In this document: positions 42,841-53,612 of the stretch, one piece after another
Layout: each line of letters starts with the position of its first letter
Numbering within the stretch: position 1 is the first letter of the stretch
Assembly: GCA_965153455.1 (NCBI GenBank)
Contig: OZ234493.1
Coordinates: forward strand, 25,348,213 to 25,412,212
Source: Sphagnum compactum
Lineage: Eukaryota
Direction: 5' to 3'
DNA length: 64,000 nucleotides
Made by a program: the position numbers and the translations under genes
Notes under the pieces: generated by a model
Seen by the model: the letters and a program-made list of their open reading frames with translations, nothing else
Database searches by the model: none
Told to the model about the DNA's origin: nothing

Positions 42841-44286
42841 TCAACACGAGTCCTTTTCCAATTCTATGATATTCTGGATCTCATCCCAATCAGGCCGTTG
42901 CTTAGGATCCATGTGCCAACAGCGGTGCAATAATTCCTTGATTGTAGGAGTCACATTGTGAGGAAGCTCTGGTTTTCGCCCTGACAGAACAAGGTTGTAG
43001 TCGGACAAACGATGGCCTTGAAAAGGAATTTGGCTAGAGAGGAGCTCATAACAGACCATGCCAAAACCATACACATCCACAGCAGCTGAATATTCGACTT
43101 CTGTTCCATCTCGTAATGCTTTCAAAACTTCTGGTGCCCTCCAAAAGCCAGTGCCCACTACGCCATCCGAGCTTTCGTAGTCCCCAACTTTAATATCAAA
43201 CACCCATTGCACAGAAGAAGCCGCAACTATACTTTGCTTCAGAGCAGCAGCTACATTCGGCTTAACAATCGACCCAGAGAAAACACTTGAAAGCTGCTTA
43301 GGATTCAATTGAACCATTCTATTCAGGTTAATAAAGTCCATACCGGACATGACTGGGTTGGACGTGAGCAGTCGGCGTTGGACGAGCGTGGGTGTGATCG
43401 GGTCGAGTTTGCGTAGTGGGCGTTTGAGGGGTGTGCGCCATCCATGTCGGAGTAGAGGCGACACAAGGATGTTCGAAGCCTTAAGGTCTTTGTGTATCAA
43501 TCCACATTCATGCAATTGTTTCATCCCATTTGCAATTGCCCGCATTATCTCGAGTTGGTCACGATAGGAAACACGCTCATAATCACGATGATTGTTGATG
43601 AAATTTCGCAAATCACCTTCCATAAGTTGCATGACTACCGATACTTTACCCTTGTTATCAGCCGACACCCCAATCACTGGGCAAAGACCAGAATATGATT
43701 TTTCTTCACAAGCTTTCATCACACTTTCCATTTGCCTCCGCAACTCGCCCGGGTTCACTCCACGGCAAGTATATGTTTTCACCACCACATTTTGTTGAGT
43801 TTTCAAGTACTTGGCCAAGAAAACTTTAGCCTGACCTCCTTGTGCGATTTCCTTCACTATTTCAAGCTCTGATGGATGTATTGCTCGCACTAAGGGGAAA
43901 CAGCGCTCCTCCTCCTCCTTATTTACACTAGTCTCCGCACCACTTGGATCCTCCTCCTTCGCCGGCAGAAGCTCACTCCAAAGGTACTCTGGTGCTGAGC
44001 CCGAATATATGGGTTCTATGACTACTCCTGATGTGGTATCTTCAGTAGCCGGCAACTCTGTGCTCTGTGCTGTTGTGGTAGACATGTCCTTGTTCAGGTC
44101 CGATTCGGAGCTCCTACTGCTGCTGCTGAGGTCACAAGTGTGTATCTTTAGCTCTTGGTTTTGGCCCCGCGAGGAGTGCACACTTGCAGATGTATGTACT
44201 TGCATAGCTGCACCAAAATGAGAGGCCAACACGCCTTCTGCGCTTTCCACATTACTACCGACGTCCTCCAAATCTTTGCTATCCAT
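42841..44286 (-). CDS. Intronless atypical TKL-like protein kinase, paralog 1 (about 481 aa; non-RD, DYE instead of DFG)
   Basis: Long open frame. The first ATG at 44286 aligns with the paralog start. Motifs: IAQGGQAKV, VVVK, HKDLKASNILV, KVGDYE, GTGFWRAPE, DVYGFGMVCYELL, CWHMDPKQRP. Acidic S/T-rich N-terminus. Confidence 0.9.
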   Translation of the reverse strand: MDSKDLEDVGSNVESAEGVLASHFGAAMQVHTSASVHSSRGQNQELKIHTCDLSSSSRSSESDLNKDMSTTTAQSTELPATEDTTSGVVIEPIYSGSAPEYLWSELLPAKEEDPSGAETSVNKEEEERCFPLVRAIHPSELEIVKEIAQGGQAKVFLAKYLKTQQNVVVKTYTCRGVNPGELRRQMESVMKACEEKSYSGLCPVIGVSADNKGKVSVVMQLMEGDLRNFINNHRDYERVSYRDQLEIMRAIANGMKQLHECGLIHKDLKASNILVSPLLRHGWRTPLKRPLRKLDPITPTLVQRRLLTSNPVMSGMDFINLNRMVQLNPKQLSSVFSGSIVKPNVAAALKQSIVAASSVQWVFDIKVGDYESSDGVVGTGFWRAPEVLKALRDGTEVEYSAAVDVYGFGMVCYELLSSQIPFQGHRLSDYNLVLSGRKPELPHNVTPTIKELLHRCWHMDPKQRPDWDEIQNIIELEKDSC

Positions 44287-44429
44287 GTTTGGGATCAAGA
44301 AGGCTATGGGAGATGGCTGCTGGAGACTTGTTTTAGGGTTGATCAACCCCAGACACCTACCGAGAGAGCAAGCACTGAAAGATAGTAATTGACCGAGACT
44401 GCAGCAAGAACACTGGTTGTAAATACACT

Positions 44430-44663
44430 GTGCAACGAAGAAAGGAAAGAGCGTTTTGGACAGGGGAAGAAAGCAAGAATGAGACAAGTGCAATGAAGAA
44501 AGGAAAGAGAGTTTTGGACAGGGGAAGAAAGCAAGAACGTGACAAGTGCAATGAAGAAAGGAAAGAGATTTTTGGACAAGGGAAGAAAGCAGGAACGAGA
44601 CAAGTGCGATGAAGAAAGGAAAGAGCGATTTCGACAGGGGAAGAAAGCAACAACGAGACAAGT
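44430..44663. repeat. About 58-bp tandem repeat, about 4 copies, in the leader of kinase 1
   Basis: Unit approximately gcaatgaagaaaggaaagagagttttggacaggggaagaaagcaagaacgagacaagt. The ttttggac anchor recurs at 44454, 44512, 44570 and about 44629. Confidence 0.9.
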
Positions 44664-44706
44664 TCAGGTGGAAAGTGAGGACTATTCCAACAACAAAACA
44701 TACTTA

Positions 44707-44713
44707 TTTTATA
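44707..44713 (-). promoter_or_regulatory. Putative TATA box of kinase paralog 1
   Basis: TATAAAA on the minus strand about 420 bp upstream of the ATG, conserved in the same context (AAGCTyTATAAAATA) upstream of paralog 2. Confidence 0.55.
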
Positions 44714-44906
44714 AAGCTTGAGATAGATCGGCTGACCCGTCAGAATGGTGAAACGAAGAAGACGCTTGAAGGAAGGAAGGAAGGAGACGCGTATACGCAA
44801 ATTATCCTAGTGAACTAGAGAGACGCACTGAGAGCGATGCCAACAGTGGAAACAGCTCTGAAACACATTGGGAGAAAGATTCTGAACGCGGGTGCGTAAA
44901 ACACCC

Positions 44907-45992
44907 TGTAACAAGTTTCTAACTTTAGGGTTTTGAGTGTGAACAGAAAGTGATTTTAGGGTTTCAAGTGGAGCCTGTTTTCTTTTGTTGGCGACTTGGA
45001 GTGTTTGCTCTCAATGGTGTGGAGACAAGGAAGAACACCGAATGGATATGCGGTGGTGTTTGATAGCATTGAATTTGGTATGTCGTTTTCTTTTATTTGG
45101 TGTGTGTGTTGCTGTCGGACACAAGATGACTTTGTGGCAAGGGAGTTGCCAAGTGAGGTGCACTCGGCAAAAATCTCGCGAAGCAGTAGCGGAAGTATGT
45201 GTAGTAGTGAAGATAAGTACTGTGGTTTTGGTTTTCTGGAGGGGGAAAAGTTGTTGCAGTTTGGTTTTTAGATCTCTGTCTCAAGGGAAAGTACAAAAGA
45301 ATTCACTGCACAATGTATTTAGAGAGGCAAAGCTTCTATCTAAGAGTTGGTATTGGTGGTTAATGAGGGGGATGATGAGAAATTTTAGAGGTTTCGAAAG
45401 CGGCCAGAAACTCTTCTCAAAACCTGTGTTTTTGTTGGTCAGTATCTGGGTTTTGTTGGCTTGCATTTCAATAGAGAGTACCCTGATTTTTGGGAACTCC
45501 GAAAAACTACATCAATCCATTGAAGTTACGGGGTCAACCATACAAAGGAGGATTGTGGTTCTTTGTAAGAATTTTTGAAGCAATCTCTAGGGAAGTAGAT
45601 GTGTTGTCTTCTTGTTTTTCTGTTTTGTCAAGTGGGGTGATGGTGTCTGGAAAACTGGATTGTGTGATCTGTGGGGGGCTGAGGGATTTACGTCACCAAA
45701 TGTGAGCAGGAACTTGAGTTCCTGTGGATGTCCAATGTGGTCCTGGGTCTGTGTGGTCTAAAGATTTTGAGAAGATGAAGGCAAGTGGGCTCAAGAGAGA
45801 GAGATCATAGCGATTTGACCCCTTAGAAACCTCAAGCCTCTCTTTGATGAAGTAGGTAGTGTCTAGGTGGTTATTTGACAAAGCTTGGGTGGTCTCTGGA
45901 TCATGCCAGTGTGGAACTCTGAGAATGTATTTGCTATTCAGTATGTACATGATTTGCATTTTGCTTGTCTTGCGCCCTTCTTTTTGGTATCA
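44907..45992 (+). repeat. 5' LTR of the gypsy element
   Basis: Direct repeat of 52534-53612. About 13 differences in the first ~135 bp, counted by eye. Confidence 0.93.
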
Positions 45993-45996
45993 GAGC
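45985..45996 (+). promoter_or_regulatory. Primer-binding site complementary to initiator tRNA-Met
   Basis: TGGTATCAGAGC, the canonical plant tRNA-iMet PBS, at the 3' edge of the 5' LTR. Confidence 0.8.
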
Positions 45997-47259
45997 ATGT
46001 CGAATTAGGTACACACCTATTAATTTGGAACAACATTATGTGTGGTGATAGGTATTATGTCCCAGGGAGCTATGTTTGATTTTGATTCAGACGAATTTGT
46101 GATTGATCTTCAAGCAATCCATGATCAGTAAACTGTTAGGAGCTTCAACAACTCTTCCAGTGAACCATTCCCTCAAGTTGGATCTATTGTCTTAAGGTTG
46201 GTTGGATTTGGGGTGCTTATTGTGGTGGGATTCAACCCTGTAGAGGCACAAGTTGGAGACATTGCTATCAAAATCACACACAATGGATGTGTGTCTAGGG
46301 TGAAAGTGTGGGTAAAGTCACAAGATGGAGCAAGCAGCTGGTACAAAAGTGCAAAGTGGTAACAACAGTTCCACTTCACCTCGTACCTCGCATAAATCCA
46401 CCCACATTGTGTTAGATGGAGCCAAGGAAGTTCTTAGGGTTGGAGATATCTGGATACCTTATTCTGCAAGATCTCCTGATGGCTTCACCAAATTTTTCAT
46501 TCCCGGAATTGAGGTCTTGTCCCAATAAAGTGACAAGATTCTCAAAGTTGAAGCATCAAGTCTATCATCACGATTAGTGTGCTGGAAGCTTTGGCAAAAT
46601 GTTGAGCTTCGGCAAGCATGGCAACTAGACAGCTCAGATGAGCAAATTTTCTCACCTTTCCCAATTATTTTTCAGGATTTTATTCCAGTAGCAGAAGGAG
46701 ATCAGCAGGATTTCTTTGAATAGATGAGTGCAGGATAACCTTTAGGTTCTGTTCAGGAAGATGTCATGAATTCTAGAAACATGTTATAATCACATCTTTT
46801 TTCCAAAAACACAGTATAGACTCTGTAGTCACTTGATTAGTTTCGGAAACCCGAGTAGGACTCGCTTCTTGAGTTCCTGGAAATTGAAACTTGTTTTTTA
46901 GAGTGATTCTAAATCCTTCATTAACAACTTAGATGAGGGCCAGATGTGGAAATAGGATTGTCAAGCAGTGCCTTTCTAGTGTTAACATTCAGTGCTTTTA
47001 GACTAGATTAGTATATTTATGGTTGTGTGATGTTGTAACTTGAGTCAGGCTCCAAGTACTGATGCCTTACCTATGTCCCTTATCCTTGAATCCTGTAATG
47101 ACGACATAGGTAGAAGGAATACTTTGTATACTAAGTACACTATAGAAGGAAAGTGGATTGGTAATGTTTGTGATCTTAAATGTTTCTGCATTTGCAGATA
47201 TTCTCTTTAGACAGTCTATTTCAGTAATTTTCATTATAATCAGAATCCAACCAATCACT

Positions 47260-50200
47260 ATGATTAGTCCTCAAGGTATGGATGAGTTGTATTGGGGTAG
47301 GGACCATGAGGATGTAAACGATTGGGCTGAGCATCTGACCATGGTAGCTAAGGTCAGAGATCTCAATGATGATAAGTTGTTTGAAATAACCAAATTGAAC
47401 TTGTGTGGCAGAGCTAAGGAGTGGTTCAAGAAGCTCAATCCACCATCGGCAGATTGGACTGTTCTAAGGACTGCAATTGTTCAGAAGTTTGGTGATGTTG
47501 ATGCAGATGAGATTCGTGTCGAACTTGATGCAATCAAACAAGAACCTAGAGAGTGGGTTGAGAAGTATTTTGAAAGGTTGGATAAACTCTTTTAAAGAGG
47601 GAGGATTGGTGATGCTGAGCAGAGAAGAAGGTTTCTGGCTCGACTCAGGCCAGAACTTAGAAGGCTTTGTGTGGTGAAGACATACACAAACATTGAGGAA
47701 GTGATGAGTGCAACAACTGAGATAAAGAGGGTGCTAGGGGATTTGGGGGAAACACCATATGACCCCTTCAGGGAGGAGAAGGATGAAGATGTAATTGGGG
47801 AATCATCTATAGATAAACAATTGTCAGTGTTGAATGAAACTCTGATACATTTTTTTAGGGAATCTAGTAATAGAAATGGAACAGGTGTTAGCACTTCTGG
47901 GAGTGCATCTAGGTGTCAATTATGCCAAGCTGAAGACCACACTGCAATGGCCTGTCCAAATCACAATGATATGCGGCCCAAGTGCAGCAAATGTGGTGAA
48001 GGACATAGGGTTGAAAATTGTGGCATAAGGTGTTCATTCTGTAATGGTATGGGGCACTCAGAGGATCGTTGTTGGAGGAAGAAAGACACTAAGCCTTCTA
48101 ACTCTACTGCTAATTATCTTGAGGTGTTGGTAAATGATGAAGAGGCCACACTGAATGAATTGAATAGGATTTGTGGTGCCAATCACCATTTGACATCTGG
48201 AAACATGATTCCCAAAAGAAGACTCCCAGTACATGCTAATGAAGTAGGAGTTGCTGAACAAGCTAAGGGCGCTAATGCAGGAGACAGGACCAGGGAAGAA
48301 GTGCTCGATTCTATTACACAATCAAAAATTCTTCTACATTTCATGAAGGGCCGAATTTCTTTAACCCCAATGGAGACAATCATGAAGATTCTTGGAGAAT
48401 TGGAATATCTTTAGGGGTTAGTTAACTAACTAGAAGAAGGAAAGATGAAGAGGTTTGCAGGAATCAGGTTACCATTGTCAACAGCACTGCTACTATCAGA
48501 AGGATATCTATGAACAAAAATTACAAAGGCAAAACCATGCACTTGCCTGTGGAAATCAACAATGGGATGATTGAAGGACTTGTGGACACTAGCGCATCTC
48601 TGTTAGTAATGGCAGCCAGCATAGTATGAGAGCTTGGGATCATGCATTTGGTCTCAGAACATGAGACATTAAGACAACATATGGGACTGTCACCATTACT
48701 TTGGGAAGGCTAGATGACATACATGTGCATGTTGGCAATGTTGTTTGCAATATGGTGTTTTTGGTGGTGGATACAGATACATATGACCTCTTATTAGGAT
48801 TGGACTTCCTCATGAAGATTGGGGCAGTGGTTGATGTAGAAAAAGGCACTATACATGTTAGGCATGGACCTGGGGCTAATGTGGAGATGCTCCCTCTGAA
48901 TGTTGTAAACATTGTACAACGTGGGAACACACAACATACTTCTTCTGTGGGACCCATTAAGAGTCTTGGCAAGATGTTCCAACAACTCAAAGTGGAGGAC
49001 CTGCTTGAGAATGCTTGTCTTGGAAAGGTGGATGTTCTTTAAGTTCAAACCATCCTAATGATGAAGGATCATCTGATGACAACACAACTGAATTTGGGAG
49101 AGAGACTGATGAGGAAGATGTTCAATTTAGTTTGATCATGCAGGAGAATGATGGAACATTTGAAGATGATTTGAAGGACCAAGGGTTAGACCATCTTATT
49201 CAACAAGAGTCTGCCAATCAAAGTATGAATTTGATATTACAAGATTGGCACTGCAGACTGTTGGATGAATACATTACAGAAGGGGATGATTATGCCGACT
49301 AGCTTCAATGGGCAGCTACTGAAGAATCAGAAAAACTCAAGGGAGTTTCTGTCACTATGCTTGTGCTTAATCCAGTGCATCTGGATCATGAAAATATGCA
49401 ATAGGTTGTTTCGTCTGGAGATGAAAGGTGGGATGAAATATGAAGTAGGATAAAGTTTGACCAAGCCCTTAATGAAAACCAGGCCGAGGAGCTGTGGACT
49501 TTGTTGGAGGACTTTAAAGATGTATTTGCTTGGCAAAAAAGGGAGTTGGGGTGCTACACAATAGAGGAACATGTAATTGACACACAAGGCTTTCCCCCAT
49601 GTTGCACCACACCTAGGAGGCTATCTTATTGGGCAGAAGCTGAAGTGAACAGACAGATTCAGACATTGATCAAGCTTGGGAAGATGAAGAATAGTGACTC
49701 TGAATATGCTTGTAGAGTTAGTTTGCATGTTAAGAGGGATGGCAGCAGACGGTTCTGTGGTGATTACAAACCATTGAACATGCAGACCAGAAGGGATTCA
49801 TTCCCAATGCTTTTGATTGATGATGTTCTCTCTCAGATGAGAATCAGCCAATGGTTTAGTGCATTGGATTTGCAATCTGGCTTTTGGCAGATCCGAATGG
49901 CACCAAATGATGTCAAAAAGATGGCCATAATAACAAAGTCTGGTCTTTATGACTGGAATGTGATGCCGTTCGAACTGAATAATGCAACAAGGACGTTTTC
50001 CAGAACCATGGCAAAAGTATTCAAGGATTGGACAAACCAATTATTGAAGGACTTTGTTGATGACGTCAACATACATAGCCATACATGGGAAGAACACCTC
50101 AAACATTTTAAGGCTGTTCTTACACGATTGCGGGAGGTAAATTTGAAGTTAAACCCTGGAAAATGTTTTTTTGGTGCACAACAAATTGTATTTCTAGGAC

Positions 50201-52483
50201 ATGTTGTGACCAAGCAAGGCTCATATCTTGATCCAAAGAAGGTACAAGCTGTTAAGGACTTTCCAGTACCCATGTCTATAACTAATGTGCGGGCCTTTTT
50301 AGGTTTGACAGGATATTACAGGAACTTGTACCTGGGTATGCCAAAATTGTTGTGCCGTTTTTTGACTTGACCAAGAAGGATCAGAGTTTTCTTTGGACCC
50401 TTATCTGTCAAGAAGCCTTTGAAGTGCTCAAGCTTAGGCTGATTGAGGCACCCATCCTTGTAAGGCCTGATTTCGAAAGACCCTTCATATTTGATGTAGA
50501 TTGGTCTATAAAAGGAGTAGGGTTAGTTTTATCCAAGAACCAAAATAAACATGAATGTGTTATTGCATATGCGAGTAAGGGTCTTACACCCTCACAAAGG
50601 AAGTTCCATCCTATGGAAGGTGAGTGTTATGCTCTAATATGGGGGATAATGCATTTCCAACAGTACTTGTATCAGGCCTCCTTTGTTGTCAAGACTAACC
50701 ACAAGCCATTAAAGTGGCTTGCAACAATTTTTGATCCATTTGGCAGGAGAGGCAGGTGGATTTCCATGCTCCAAGACTTCAATTTCAAAATTGTCCACAA
50801 AGCAAGAGCTAGGCATGCAAATGTTGATGCGTTGAACCATAACCCAGTTGATTCATATGATGAAGATGAGGATTTTGGGATGGAAATACAAGATGAGAGG
50901 AAGGATGCCAGTGTGGTATAGGTCTGGAAATCCTCTGCCTTGAGTCCACATATTTTCACCCTCTCCCAGTCTGGATGCTGAACCGATGCAGAAGGAAGAA
51001 CAGGAAGAAGTTAATCCATATGGGGAATTTGCTGAAAAGAATTCCAATCTCTTAGCTGAGGCACCTACTCCAAAAAGAAAGGCAAAAGGGGCTTCAATAC
51101 TAGATGCTGACTATTGGGGATTGATTTGCGAGGCTCAAGAGATGGTGGATGCAGAAATGAACTCCATTCATGTGAGTAACAGTGAAAAGGACAATGGAGT
51201 TGAAGAGTCAGGGAAACAGATGGACATCTGGAAGGATGAAACTTGTATGGTCCTATTGTTTGGAGGCACTTTGGATCAAGTGTTAGATGATGATGTTGAG
51301 ATTGATCGAGCCAAAAGAAGATTATTAAATTACCATTGGAGAGAAGATACGTTATTCTTCAAAGATCTGGTAGTGCCAAAACCCGAGGAGAGACATGTGT
51401 TGGTCAAGAACATACATGAGGAGATTGGACATTTCAGTGAAGGAAGGACATTGGTTGAGGTCAAAAAAAGGTTTTTTTGGCATGATAGAACAAAATCTGT
51501 GTAGGATGGTGGTGAGACAATGCCAACGTTGTCAGCTTGCCAAAAGTTCGAGAAGCATCAGATTCGGTATTGAGGAAATGAAAAGCATTCCTGTCTGTGA
51601 CCTTTTCTACAGGGTGGCATTGGATACTGCGAGACCTTTGCCTAAAACAAAAAATGGAAATAGGTATGCTCTGGTTGCAATAGATGACTACTCAAAGTGG
51701 TGTGAAGCAAGACCTGTCAAAGACCATGATGCTGCCATTACCGCTAGATTTTTGGAAGAAGAAATCATATGCAGATTTGGTGTGCCCAGATTCATATTCA
51801 CTGACAATGGAGGTGAATGGATGGCTAAATTCCATCTGATGTGTAAAAAATATGGGATTACTCATCAGTTCACAGCTCCACAATGGCCTCAATGCAATGG
51901 GATGGTGGAGAGAATGATCAAGACCTTGAATAATGGATTATCTGTGGTGTCATCTACTGATTTGGACAATTGGTACCTCCAATTACCACGGAGTCTGTTT
52001 GGTTACAGATGTGGTGTCCAGGCCAGCACCAAGTTCTCTCCTTTTATGTTACTGACTAGGAGAACCCCAAGGCTCACATGTGACAATGGCCTTTCTGCAT
52101 TCACTAATGTGAAAAAGGATGAACTCACCTTGGATGAGATGACGTAGCTGATGGTGGAAAAACTCAAGCTCATTTTTTATATGCACTCAGCTGTGTTGGA
52201 AAATGTGGACCAAGCACAGAAGAGGCAATGCAGAAGCTATGCTGCACGAAAAGGCAAACAAGAATTCGAAGGGTTGGAGGAAGGAAGAACCATGGTGAAG
52301 ATGAGAAAGCTAGGAAAAAAGACGGCACTATTTGCAAATTGGGAAGGTCCCTATGCCTTTGTGAAATACAAAGACGAGAAGGGCTATAGAGAATTTGATG
52401 ATGCTTATCGAGTCTGTGTCCTACAAGGGATTGATGGCAAGCAATGGGAACGAGCTAGGCGTGATCTACAAGTGTTTCACTAA
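47260..52483 (+). pseudogene. Disrupted gag-pol of the gypsy element
   Basis: Fragments in ORFs 47158-47595, 47671-48414, 48701-49042, 49501-50370, 50352-50921, 50986-51504, 51395-52147 and 52151-52483. Confidence 0.93.
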
Positions 52484-52533
52484 ATCTGAGATCTATGTGG
52501 ACACAGATAAATCAATAAAAGAGGTGTCGCATG

Positions 52534-53612
52534 TGTAACAAGTTTCTAACTTTAGGGTTTTAAGTGTGAACAAAAAGTGGTTTTAGGGTTTCAAGTGGAC
52601 CCTATTTTCTTTTGTTGGCGGCTGGGAGTTTTTGCTTTCAATGGCGTGGAGACAAGGAAGATCACTGAATGGATATGCGGTGGTGTTTGATAGCATTAAA
52701 TTTGGTCTGTCGTTTTCTTCTGTTTAGTGTGTGTGTGTTGCTACTGGATGCAGGATGACTTTGTGGCAAGTGAGGTGCGCTCAACGAAAATCTCGTGGAA
52801 CAACAGCGGAAGGATGTGTAATAGTGAAGATAAGTAGTGTGGTTTTGGTTTTCTGGAGGGGGAAAAGTTGCAGTTTGGTTTTTAGATCTCTGTCTCGAGG
52901 GAAAGTACAAGAAAATCCGTTGCACAATGTACTCAGAGAGGCAGAACTTCTATCTAAGAGTTGGTATTGGTGGTTAATGAGGGGGATGATGAGAAATTTT
53001 AGAGATCTCGAGAGTGGCCAGAAACTCTTCTCAAAGCTTGTGTTTTTGTTGGTATGTATCTAGGTTTTGTTGGCTTGCATTTCAAGAGAGAGTACCCTGA
53101 TTTTTGGGAACTCCGAAGAACTGCATCAGTCCATTGAAGTTACAGGGGTCAATCATACAAAGGAGGATTGTGGTTCTTTGTAAAAACTTTTGAAGCAGAC
53201 ACTGGGGAAGTAGATGTGTTGTCTTCCTGTTTTTCTGTTTTGTGAAGTGGGGTGATGGTGTCTGGAAAACTGGACTATGTAATTTGTGGGGGGCTAAGGG
53301 ATTTACGTCACCAAATGTGAACATGAACTTGAGTTCCTGTGGATGTCCAATGTGGTCTTGGGTCTGTGTGGTCTGAAGACTTTGAGAAGATGAATAAAGG
53401 CCAGTGGGCTCAAGAAAGAGAGATCAGAGCGATCTGACCCCTTAGAAACCTCAAGCCTCTCTTTGATGAAGTAGGCAGTGTTTTAGGTGGTTACTGGACA
53501 AAGCTTGGGTGGTCTCTGGATCATGCCAGTGTGGAACTTTGAGAATGTATTTGCTATTCAATATGTACATGATTTGCATTTTGCTTGTCTTGCGCCCTTG
53601 TTTTTTGTCACA
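52534..53612 (+). repeat. 3' LTR of the gypsy element
   Basis: Starts TGTAACAAG and ends TGTCACA, preceded by a weak purine tract (aaaagagg). Confidence 0.93.

Larger units (their letters stand above)
44907..53612 (+). mobile_element. Full-length, mutated Ty3/gypsy LTR retrotransposon (non-chromovirus type)
   Basis: LTRs of about 1.08 kb at 44907-45992 and 52534-53612 (TGTAACA...CA). Internal order is gag, protease (GLVDTSA; YDLLLGLDFL), RT (ALDLQSGFWQI, FVDD), RNase H, integrase (HHCC, VALDT, TDNGGEW, NGMVER, WEGPY), broken by stops and frameshifts. Flanked by accc/accc. Confidence 0.96.

Noticed and set aside
44287..44661. 125-aa hydrophobic, Cys-rich N-terminal extension of kinase 1 in the ORF track
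   Set aside because: Non-ATG start, derived from a 58-bp non-triplet repeat; the paralog has an in-frame stop just upstream of its ATG.
44430..44663. Regularly spaced repeats resembling a CRISPR array
   Set aside because: Units are contiguous with no unique spacers, there are no cas genes, and the context is eukaryotic.
44985..45578. 197-aa ORF in the 5' LTR
   Set aside because: Non-ATG start, not kept intact in the 3' LTR, no recognisable domain.
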